A stretch of DNA of 29,395 nt from Chlorokybus atmophyticus. Taxonomy: Eukaryota; Plantae; Mesostigma and Chlorokybus algae. A program made the position numbers and the translations under genes. The notes beneath the pieces were generated by a model. The model saw only the letters and a list, made by a program, of their open reading frames with translations, was not told the origin of the DNA and made no database searches. The stretch covers positions 176,160 to 205,554 of the forward strand of contig RHPI01000733.1 of assembly GCA_009103225.1 (NCBI GenBank), given 5' to 3'. Shown piece by piece: positions 19,608 through 29,395 of this stretch; positions within the stretch are counted from its first letter, which is position 1; every line of letters begins with the position of its first letter.

Positions 19608-21090
19608 CTACCCTCTAGCTCCAAGTCTCTCCAGCGGTTGCACAATCGCTCCTCTCTTCTCAATGGCATCCCTCACTAAAAACCACCTGCGATGCATCTG
19701 CGAAAACAACCAAGTGTTAGTGAGAATGGCTGCTAGTAAAGCAAGTCAGTGTATCCTCACCTGTTGCACAATAGGTGACGTGGGTGAGACAGGTTCATCC
19801 CCAACAGCTTACGCAAATAACTGTACGTAGTGCAAGGCAAAAACACCACAGTTTGATTCGTTCCGCTGCTGTGGCACCTGTGCTAATGGTAGATGGCATT
19901 AGTCAGTGCAATCCTTCTTGTAGCAACGCAGCACAATGTGCAGACACTCACTTTGGGTGTTATCAATGGCATGTTGACCAGTGAGAAGCGATCACCAGGG
20001 CTTGTACGCCGCACGCGCTGCCACATGAGCTCTAGCCATGCCCTAAACAGCCCATCCACGTTCACATTGAATCCGGGCTTTAAGTCAAGATGCAGAAGGA
20101 AAGGAGGCGTGTTGCTGACGGGCTCACCACCAGGGTTGCACACAATCACCATCGACCAATGCACACTGCCAACAATTGCTGTCATGAATAGATGTTCCAC
20201 ACGCACTGCAAGGCATGCAAACTGTGAGTTCACGAGCACACGATGATTGCCTTTGGTTGACGGGTGCCACAAGGTAGTTGAAGCTGAAGGGGTCCTGCAA
20301 TCATGGCCAGCCCGCAACACGCTGGATGCTCTCAGCTGCTAAGCTGTAAAAGAAGGGCGATAGCATGACTACCTGATCTCGTCGCCTATTCCAACATTCT
20401 TCTTGCAAGTACCTACCATTGCATGAAATAGTGATTCTGTGTTGGTTGATTATTCTTTAAATTAGAAGTAAGCTTGCAAAGTGCAAGCCGTTACGTTACC
20501 TGCAGTAAAAATTGATAATGGTATCGTTGAGCCATTATCCGGGCTGCAGCGCTGCGATGACGTGTTTAGTAATTGGCACTCGAGAATCACCTGCTGCAGG
20601 ATAGTACAAGGTGTCGAGCACCAAAGGGACTGCACTTGCGCGTGAAGTCACCATATCCTCAGCACCGCCATCACCCAAGTTGTTATCTTCGCTAAGCGCA
20701 GCCTTATCCATGTTTTCATGCGTATCCATATAAATCACCTCTGCGTCAACCTCTGCGCACACGCATTGTTGGTTAGCACTATGTGGCTATGCATAAGTAC
20801 AAAAACAGCAAGCAAACATAACACATACACACCTTGTCCAATGCGGGCACGTGCCTGCGTGCGGGCATCACTCTCATCCGCTTGCAATTGACTGACTTTG
20901 GAAACATCATCAGCAACACCCTCCTTCCCTTCCTCGGCGGACGCCTTGGCATCTTGATAGGTGCACCACCCTCCTCCAATGCAGCACAGCGCATACATGT
21001 AACGAGTTTCGTGCGACCAGTTGAATGCTTCCTGCAGAAGCTGACTAGGCAAGTTGCGCAGCGCTACACCGCCGGAAGCTCACAGTTGTA
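19608..21090 (-). pseudogene. Spliced zinc-finger + ULP/SENP (peptidase C48) SUMO-protease gene with in-frame stops
   Basis: Manual splicing gives CYNC..RCATCLVSFCRKH..CMRC, then LYYPAAGDSRVPIT..LQPG*WLNDTIINFYC|RYLQEE..LSPFFYSL..VAGWP*LQDPFSFNYLVAPVNQ|SVHWSMVIVCNPG..FLLHLD..TPK|VPQQRNESNCGVFALHYVQLF..|..WFLVRDAIEKRGAI. The His-Asp-Cys triad and oxyanion Gln are present. Stops at 20535, 20301 and 19809. Confidence 0.85.
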
Positions 21091-21249
21091 GCAGCTGCAT
21101 TGCAAAATGCACAGTGAAATCAACAACGTAATGAGGTTCACACAATGTGAGTTTAATTGTCAAAATTGGCTACCTGTGCCTTGGGCATTCCCATTCGGCC
21201 TCACCAGAAATTCTGGACCCCCCGAATTTCTGAAAATTCAGCGCATTTG

Positions 21250-21920
21250 CCCTGAATACTCATCTGTTTCATGTGTGAACTCGCCACTTGCGTGGCTGCA
21301 GAGGTCGCTGTTACAATTGCTGATTATTCAGGCCAAATGCCCTGAATACAAGCAATGGATATTCACACGTTTTGGTCATGAATAATTGTAGTTGTCCATC
21401 TCGCACACAACCTCCTACATGTGAGTAGTTATTCACTCGCGACAGAACTGCATATTCAGTCTTCTTAGGTATACATGGTCCTAGACTTGTACCATGGCAC
21501 CAAGTGATTATTCATACTTTGTGTGCATGAATATTTACAGCGCCTGCTCTCACACTATGTCCTCCTTATAGGTAATTATTCACACGCGTATTGGCTTAAT
21601 GTTCACACATACTAAAGCTGTTTCAACAGCACATGTACCATACTAGCAAGTGATTATTCATATGATTTGTGATTGAATAATACAGCATATCTGCTCTCAC
21701 ACAATCCTATATATGAGTGGTTATTCACCCATAGTATGGTTGAACAATCACTGCTGCCTTTGGTCGATTTTTCACGCGAATGATAATTGAATCATACAGC
21801 ACTTCTGCTCACACACAGTCCTACATATAAGTGGTTATTCACTCACAGTTTGGTTGAATAATCACTGCATCTTGCTATCGTCAACAGCTGTGACATAGCA
21901 TAGCTGTGACATAGCACATA
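21250..21920. repeat. Degenerate repeat array rich in TTATTCA/TGAATA motifs
   Basis: About 15 motif copies in both orientations; a longer unit (CTC.CACAC..CCT.....GAGT.GTTATTCAC) at ~21400, 21548, 21694, 21807; a 15-bp direct duplication AGCTGTGACATAGCA at ~21885-21916. Confidence 0.7.
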
Positions 21921-22018
21921 GCAATCAGTCCAGCCGGTGAATCTGGACAGCAATGTCAGCTGAATGGCAGCTGACTCGAACAACAAATTCACTGATGTCT
22001 ACAATGTATCTCTGCTAC

Positions 22019-24540
22019 CTACTTCTTGCTGCCTCGACCACGCCCACCGCGCCCACCCCGCCCACCCCGGCTGCCCTTCCCACGGCCCCTCCCGCGCTGT
22101 GTGGTTGTGCCTTCCTTTGCTGGCTCCCTCACCTTGATACTCTTCAGCAACCCAACAGGCCAAAGTAGCAACAAACCCGGCTCGCACTCTGCGCATACAT
22201 CAACCACACATGAACTCAGCTGACTTGCACAATGTTGAAACTGTTCATGCAATCGCATGCACACAAACGCGTTCACCTTTCAAGTGGGTCACTTGCACTC
22301 CAACCCCATCACGCTTGAAGCTGATTGGCAGAGGCACAACCTCTTCTTCCCCTGGTCCGGGACGTCTGGTCCTAGTGATGGGAAGACTGCGGCTGAACTG
22401 GACCACCATGTTGCCGTCTCCAATCTTCTTGCCATGAAACTTGTTGACAGGATTGATGTCGCTTACGTGCGCCTCCCCTACTGGTTCTTTGCGCCCGTTA
22501 ATGAACAGTTGGACTTCACTGCCAACCTTCATCGTCGGTGCGGTGTCGTCCTTGTCGCTCAGCTCTTCCTGCGCATGCAAGTGACAAACACATCAAGAGG
22601 TACACACATACACAGATGTGATCTCTCATACAGCGCTTGCGAAGCGACCTGCCTTCTGCGAGTCGTTGTCGCTGTTGTTGGGGCTGTCCCCCTCGCTGTC
22701 CGGGGCGCTGTCCTTGGCGCCATCTTCACCGCTGTTCTCGCTTCTATCTGTCTCAGGCATTTCTGAATACGTTGGCTCATCCTGCGCGACAAGGTGACAC
22801 GACGTGTTAACAAGCTTACAACCGTCACGCAACGAATGCGTGCCTGCCGCAGGTGACAGTTTGTGTGCAGCCAGAAGAACGCAAGAAGCCCATAAGATCA
22901 AGTACATGGTGCTTTCATACCTCCTTTTGCTTGCCGCTCTTCTTCTCCAACACCGTCTCCTGCTTGCCAGTCGAGTGGCCTGCCTCCTGAGACTTGTAGG
23001 GAGCCGGTATCGAGCGAACAGTTTTGTTTGTTTTCTTTTTGGGGGGGCTTGACACCTCATCCTCCTGCCAACAGCATGAAGTCAGATGGTGAGCCACAAC
23101 TCAGTGCATTGCCGCTCTATCAAGTCCAATGCTGCGTACCTCACCAGACACTTTGCGCTTCCCTGAGCTGCTGTCACGCACATCAGCACCCTGCTTGGCA
23201 CGTGCCTGAACACAACAGTCATGAACGATCATGAACACATGTTTAGCAAAGTACAAGCAGGAGCGGCATCTGACCTGTGAACCAGTAGCAGGAGAACTTG
23301 AGGGTTGTGGTGCAGTGCCTTCCTTGTTACCTATCGCATACACAAGGCACCGATCACAAAAGCCTGCATATACACACAGTACTCTAGCAGCTGCCTGCGC
23401 GCGCAAGACGCGGCTCACGCTGCGAGGTGCCATTCTTGTCGTCGCTGGCGTCGCTGGTGGGATGTGAACGCGTGGGCGCCGTGCAATTACAAGGGGTCAT
23501 CATACACACCACACAACCTGCATACATAAGGCACCATCAAACACAAAGCATCGTTCTCAACACGACATTGACAAAGCCAACTTTGTGCAAACTGTAGGTC
23601 ACCCTCTGAGGTGGCATCCTCGTCGTCGCTGGCAGATTGCACTTCTTTTGACTTCTTGGGCTTCTTCTTGTTGGCTTTCTATCAAGCACATGGCAAAGGC
23701 ACTCAAGACATGCACATCGCACGAACACCTTAGTCACTACATGACACACACCTTGTTGTTCTTGTCGCTAGGCCCTCCCCTGCGCCTTGGCACAAAGCCC
23801 CCCGCGAAAGCCTTCTCCATCATCTCCTTGTAACGATTCCGACTCTTTTCTTTCTGCTTCTCTTTGTGCTTGGGGTTGCTGTATCCCTTTTTGTTGCCCA
23901 GATACTGTTGAATCTTCAAACGCGCCTACCCACCAATGAAGAAGTTGTGAAGGCCAACACATGCAAAGCAAACTCCTCCCAGCTCAGACAATGCTGCCAT
24001 ATTGCATGACAGCTCATGTAACTGTGGGAAATTGCCAACCATTTGATAGGAGAGCTCTGGATTCAGCAGATGCCAGCATTTGGTTGCAAGAGCGAACTTG
24101 AATGGGTCCTGCTTCGTTTGAGTCTTCCCCGGCATCATGCGACAGTACTCGTAGCAAATCCGGCCTTTGTCGGCCAGCTTGGTGACCTTGCGACGATCAC
24201 GGGCATGATGCTTCCCACGCCAATGTAGGACCTTCAGTGCCTGCATGATTTACATTGGTGCACTAGTACAACATGGGACAAAACAGACTTCGGCAGCAAG
24301 GTCTGACATTGATTGCGGATGCTTGATGCATAAGCTCACTTTTAAGGAGACCATTGCTGTGGTCTCAAGATCACGCAGGTGAACAGTCGCCTCACTGGTT
24401 TCCCACTCATGCTGCAGCTGCTCATCAGAAGGACCACCAGCATTCTTCCCCCATATCTCTTCGTCCAAATTCTCCCATCCTTCGCTGCAGTTGCTGGACC
24501 GCCCACCCGACGTGGTGCCTGACATGATGATGCCCTCCTG
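22019..24540 (-). CDS. Multi-exon gene of low-complexity Lys/Ser/Asp-rich protein with a possible CACTA TnpA/TNP1-like beta domain and RGG tail; integrity unverified
   Basis: About 10 exons with short GT-AG introns (e.g. 24241-24339). One exon reads VGSEVQLFINGRKEPVGEAHVSDINPVNKFHGKKIGDGNMVVQF..VPLP, recalling the plant EnSpm TNP1-type domain. The last exon has RGRGRGKGSRGGRGGRGGRGRG. Confidence 0.5.
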
Positions 24541-25366
24541 TAGATAGATCAAGCTTGCTTTACAAGTCAGTTGCAACCGCAACCCTAATCAACCTCAAGT
24601 CTTGGTTGACTCAAGTGACTGCAGGTTGTAAGCCATGTGGACTTGCTTGTTGACTTGTCACAGCAAGCAAACCATGTACCTTGCAAAAGAAGTGTCTCTA
24701 AGCTGCTTGCACAAAGGCGTGCTTGTGAACTTGTCAAACAGGCACACAGCAAGCCAAACACCCAGTACCTTGTAGAGTAGAAGCTGCTTCAGCTTCTTGC
24801 CAGCTGAACACGACAAAGGTAAGCCTAACAGCAAGCTAGCAGGCAAATGGCAGTCCAGAATGCTAGCGGCACAACACCATGCTGTATTTGCTAATTGCAA
24901 CGACGTGACCCAGCATGCAACCACTAGAAAGGCAGTGCGACAAGACAGCTGACAACGCTCGCTCACCTCGCCACAGCGCCGCCGCCGCCAACACAACCAG
25001 CAAGTACGCCGGTGCTGTGGGACAATCAGTGCAATTCCCGGTGCGGAAATCCCTGCAATCAATGGAATGCAGTGATCGTTCGGAAAATCCACATCAGCAA
25101 TTGTGCTGGTCGGACACCAGTCGCGTCTCCGCTTGCTCCGACCGCAATAGGCCGCACGAGCAATTGCCGTGGAAATTGCCTTTTGTCGAAACTTTGATTG
25201 CCAAAATGAACTCTATGTTTATTGGTCCATACAAACCAAGCGAAATTACATTCTCTATTTCCGATGAAATCTTCCATGTCCGAGGACGGTGTCTGTGTGG
25301 CTTACCCCAAACTATAAGTAACCCTAACCCAAACATCCAATGCATGCTGGTAGTTGTGCTGCAACA

Positions 25367-26276
25367 ATGGACCCCCCTGTACCCATGCGCACCATGAATG
25401 AGGCTCTAACGCAGGCGCTCCTCGCAGTCGGGCGGCGATTAGTGGGACTAGGTCAGGTCTTGATACAACCGTGGAACGGCTATGTGGACTCTGGCGATGC
25501 TCGCTATCATCAGGTATCTTTCTCGCTATTCATGGTGTGAGTTGCGTGCGCTATGTCACTCTGCATGCTGCTGACTATGCATGCCACTATGCATGTGCCA
25601 TACTGTTGCGCATTGTTTGTACATGCGTATGCCTTGTGTGCGATTTGGGTTGAGTTTGCCTGTGTAGTGTGCATATGTTTGTCCTGCTATGATAGGAACG
25701 CCTATATATATGCACAGCTCTGATTGCTACCATGCAGCACCCTTGCGCGTTACATGCCGTGCATGTCATGCCATGCTACTGCCTGAATGCGTGTCCAGTT
25801 CATGTCCATAACAATAGAGGCGCTGCCTATGCATTTGCATCAACTTCTGGCGCACGTTTATGAATGAATGCGATGCAACATGCGAGTTAACCTGTAAACT
25901 TGTTTGTCAGGTCCAATTATGCAATTGGGAGCTTTCAACTCGTGGAATTGTTCATCAGGCACCCATTGCGATTGCAGCTACTGTACAAACCGGTGTGTAT
26001 GTGGCAGTCTCCGTGCATGAGAACACTCCCTCGCCTCCTGATGCGCCTCTTCCTGCTCGCACTATCATTGACTCGGGCACCTATGGCGCTGCTGGCCTGC
26101 GCGTTGTGATCGAGTGCGACAACAATATTGCTGCACGCTGGAGTGTGTTTACTGGCTCCGAGGTCCCTGCACCTGGTGCAACGCCCGGTACCAATCTCAC
26201 ACCAACTTGTAATGGAATTTTCCCCACTCGCGACCCTCCTAGTGAACCTAGTGACTCTAGTGACTCATCGCAATGA
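25367..26276 (+). CDS. Possible small spliced gene of unknown function
   Basis: MDPPVP...ARYHQ ends at donor CAG|GTATCT (~25512). Phase-0 acceptor TTCATCAG|GCA (~25958) opens a ~105-aa exon APIAIAATVQTGVYVAV...SDSSQ*. No family recognised. Confidence 0.3.
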
Positions 26277-26485
26277 CCATTGCTCCACACTTTGTTTGCC
26301 CTTTACACTATGGTTACCGTTGAGCTGCTCTGCTGGTAATTCTCCAAGTGTGGCTGTTGCATGTGCAATTACTGATAACAGTGGGGTGTGTGCCTTTGTG
26401 CAAGTTGGAGATCTAGCAGCAGATCAGCTCAGGCACAACCGCCACAATTGTGTTCACAACAACTAGTGACTAGCAGATTAGTTAC

Positions 26486-26596
26486 ATTACAACTATACTA
26501 CACAACAACTACCAAACTACCACCAAACTATACAACTACACAACAACAACAACTACACAACAACTATACAACTACCAAAACTACCACCAAACTATA
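26486..26596. repeat. G-free low-complexity tract of CAACTA/CAAACTA/ACA units
   Basis: About 110 bp with no G on the plus strand. Confidence 0.85.
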
Positions 26597-27412
26597 GGCC
26601 TTGTGCAAGGATGACGCAAAGATCTGACCTTGTACTTTGTATTACCTCATGGCCGTAGCACAGCCTGCAAGGCAAAGCGGGTTGCGCTCAAAACTGTTGG
26701 ACACAAATCAGGCATGCAAGCGCCTAACACTGGCAGTAGAATTGCCCAAACATGCTGTTGGAAAAACCCCTCACAACTGCACTCACATATGCACAAATAC
26801 AAGGTATGTTTGCGCAGCAGAAGAAGTGAACACGGACTTTTGCGACACACGCGCGCATACACACACATGAGGGCTTACAATCAACTGCCCCAGCTGACTG
26901 GACACCATACACACACATGCACATTCATGTGATACGCATGCAAGGATGCATTTATCTGTCCCTGTCGTCGCTGGAGCTCTTGCCAACTTCTTGGGCACCG
27001 TGACTGGCGGTGTCCTGCAAACATGCTGCAGGCAATGCTCAACCTGTTGATAGCAGCTGTAAGAATGCCAAGACACCCAAAACACAGAGCCAAATACTCT
27101 GACCTGAGTCTCATCCACAAACACACCATGCCTGGCATGCGAGCTCTGGTTTACCTGCTGTCTTGGAAGCAGCCGGCTGGATCATCATACCCTCTGTTGA
27201 ATGCATGCAAGCATCTGAGTCAAGACCAAATACCTACCTCATGTTCGACGAGATCAACTACACTGGACCTAAAGCGACCGGCCATCGCTGAATGGTAGCT
27301 GTTTACCTGTAGATCACACACCGTAGTTAACCAACAGTAGAGTCAGAAATGGAGCAGGGAAATGACTCTTGAGAGACACAATGCTAGCGCAAGCACACAC
27401 AGAAAGAACACC

Positions 27413-27561
27413 TTTTTGCCGCAGCATAGGCAAGGCCACTGAGGGGTTATGCCCAAGGCTGCCCCAGCGGCTTGCAGCAAACAGCTTTTGTGCCGCAGCA
27501 CAGGCAAGGCCACTGAGGGGTTATGCACAAGGCTGCCCCAGCGGCTTGCAGCAAACACAGC
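27413..27561. repeat. Two tandem ~74-bp units
   Basis: TGCCGCAGCA.AGGCAAGGCCACTGAGGGGTTATGC.CAAGGCTGCCCCAGCGGCTTGCAGCAAAC occurs twice. Confidence 0.9.
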
Positions 27562-27865
27562 ACGCACCGCACACACACACACACACACATGCATGGAATG
27601 CGCAAGGAAGCACGGCATGCACGTATCTGCTGTGTAGCCGCTAGCGCTCCAGCATCGCCGCCGCCGCCGACGACGACGATGACCTTGCCTGCGCCGGCGC
27701 CGCCGCCGCCGACCTTGACTAAAATCTGCATGCGACGTATCTGCCTGAGTTTCTTGCTAGGAACTCAAGATCGCTGGCGCCGTCGCCACCGACCTCAAAG
27801 ACTTCGCCGCCAACCACGGCAACCTCGCCGCCTCCCGGCCACAACCTACAACAACATGTCCGGGC

Positions 27866-27882
27866 GGTTAGGGTTAGGGTTA
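27866..27882. repeat. Short interstitial (TTAGGG)n tract; second tract at 28511-28528, degenerate third at 28717-28738
   Basis: GGTTAGGGTTAGGGTTA and TTAGGGTTAGGGTTAGGG are directly visible. Confidence 0.85.
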
Positions 27883-27929
27883 TGACATATGGCGAAACAG
27901 AGTCACAAAAACATTCACCCAGTCCACAC

Positions 27930-28265
27930 CACAGGGCCGGTCTGAGGTCTTACAGACCGCCCCAGCTCCTCACCAACACATTCACAGAAAAACAAAACCA
28001 CAAGGCAGGACACTGAGGTCTTACAGACCGCCCCAGCGACTCACCAGCACACATGCACAGAAACACAAAAACAAGGCAGGTCACTGAGGTCTTACAGACC
28101 GCCCCAGTGAATCACCAACAGAATCACAGAAACAAAACCACAAGGCAGGTCACTGAGGGCTTACATGCCGCCCCAGTGAATCACCAACACATGCAAATAA
28201 CGAAAACCACAAGGCAGGACACTGAGGGCTTACATGCCGCCCCAGTGAATGACCAGCACACATAC
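27930..28265. repeat. Minisatellite, five ~70-bp units
   Basis: CTGAGG cores at 27942, 28013, 28084, 28153, 28222 (periods 71,71,69,69); unit AAGGCAGG.CACTGAGG.CTTACA..CCGCCCCAG..ANTCACCA.CAC. Confidence 0.92.
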
Positions 28266-29040
28266 ACACACGCACGCGCACAAACAAAACATGCATGCAG
28301 GCAGGCTTGCACGTATCTGCCTAAGTAGCTCTGCATCAACCAAGGATGGCTGCCGCCGTCGCCGCCAACCTCAAGCACCTCGCCGCCGACCACGCCGCCC
28401 ACAACTCTTATAACTAAAATCGCTGCCGCGGCCGACCAAGACAACCTCGCCGCCGACCACAACAACCTCCCCGCCACCAACCTTGCAAACTACAACAACT
28501 TACAAAAACATTAGGGTTAGGGTTAGGGATGCCGGCTATGGCGTCAAAGGTGACTGATGGACCATCATGTCAGTCCTGCACACTCCAGGTACAGTCTAAC
28601 CATCACGCCAATCCTGACATCCATCAAGCCAGCGTGACAAGACACTCAATGCCCTATATAAAATGCGTGACGCGCGCTACAGTCCCTGGTGTACATTGTG
28701 ACGATTACGCTTATGAGTTAGGGTTTGCTTAGGGTTTTGGTGTAGCGATCGAGCAGACAACTTGCAGCTGGCAAGGCTGGGCGGCAAGGGCGGCGTTGTT
28801 GGCGAGGTCGGCGGCGGCGTTGGCTTCATTGCTGAAGTGCAAGTGTTGTGTTTTTGCTTGGTTGTTGTAGTCACTTCATTGGGTCCGAGAACCCTGGCGA
28901 GGTGGTTTCTTGCAGCTTCGGGTGGGCTTGCTGGAGGGTTTTGGCACTGCTTCCAACAAGGTGCAGCACATGCCGTGCTTGTCTTTGTTTGCATGCATGC
29001 CCGTTTGATCATTTCGCTAACTATCAAAAGTGCATGTTGT

Positions 29041-29395
29041 CACTCTTGTTAGCCACCACTAAATGCTAACCGGATGGGCGGCCTCGTGCGTAAGACCACC
29101 TCTTGCTCAATTTTTAAGCTGTTTTATTTGAGCATGCACTCTTGTTAGCCACCACTCGATGCTAACCAGAGGGGCGGCCTCGTGCGTAAGACCACCTCTT
29201 GCTCAGTTTTCAAGCTGTTTAATTTTAATCATGCTGTTTAATCAAGCTGTTTAATTTGAGCATGCACTCTTGTTAGCCACCACTTGTTGCTAACCAGAGG
29301 GGCGGCCTCATGCGTAAGACCACCTCTTGCTCAGTTTTCAAGCTGTTTTATTTGAGCATGCACTCTTGTTAGCCACCACTTGATGCTAACCAGAG
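29041..29395. repeat. 96-bp tandem repeat running off the window end
   Basis: CACTCTTGTTAGCCACCACT starts at 29041, 29137, 29265 and 29361 (periods 96,128,96); the 128-bp unit carries an extra 32 bp built from the GCTGTTTAAT motif. Confidence 0.93.

Noticed and set aside
26880-27310. Possible spliced minus-strand gene fragment
   Set aside because: Splice-like sites exist, but no consistent frame or recognisable product could be built.
27930-28265. CRISPR-like repeat/spacer appearance of the ~70-bp array
   Set aside because: The inter-core segments are themselves homologous rather than unique spacers, the context is eukaryotic, and no cas genes are present.
27930-28265. Tandem micro-exons on the minus strand (AG|CTGGGGCGGTCT|GTAAG)
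   Set aside because: Only one of the five units has the AG acceptor.
27866-28528. True telomere or chromosome end
   Set aside because: The tracts are only 2-3 units long, with ordinary sequence on both sides.

Overview
Eukaryotic, transposon-dense window with no clearly intact host gene. A green-lineage alga is likely, inferred from a plant-type tRNAiMet half-primer site, short GT-AG introns and TGTAA after the TATA box in two LTRs. From left to right: (1) the 3' end of a Ty1/copia element with its 3' LTR (1-1389); (2) a decayed minus-strand Ty3/gypsy chromovirus with a short candidate LTR (2066-~4985); (3) a broken NLR-type LRR exon running in frame into a TPR-like segment (5615-6883, -); (4) the 3' tip of another gypsy (PPT + LTR, ~6987-7137, -); (5) a decayed plus-strand Ty3/gypsy (~7370-18695) with a C5-cytosine DNA methyltransferase domain between gag and RT. 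This is the most notable feature and is invisible in the ORF track, because (6) an intact 5054-bp copia (10480-15533; LTRs 4/402 different, CAACA target-site duplication) sits inside the methyltransferase just before the catalytic Cys. (7) The gypsy integrase is cut at 18696 by a probable CACTA/EnSpm-like end (CACCGGTAGAAA). After it come a spliced, pseudogenised zinc-finger + ULP/C48 SUMO-protease gene and a multi-exon gene with a possible TnpA-like domain (both -). (8) The window ends in minisatellites, short (TTAGGG)n tracts and a 96-bp tandem array. All domain calls come from manual motif reading; no searches were run.
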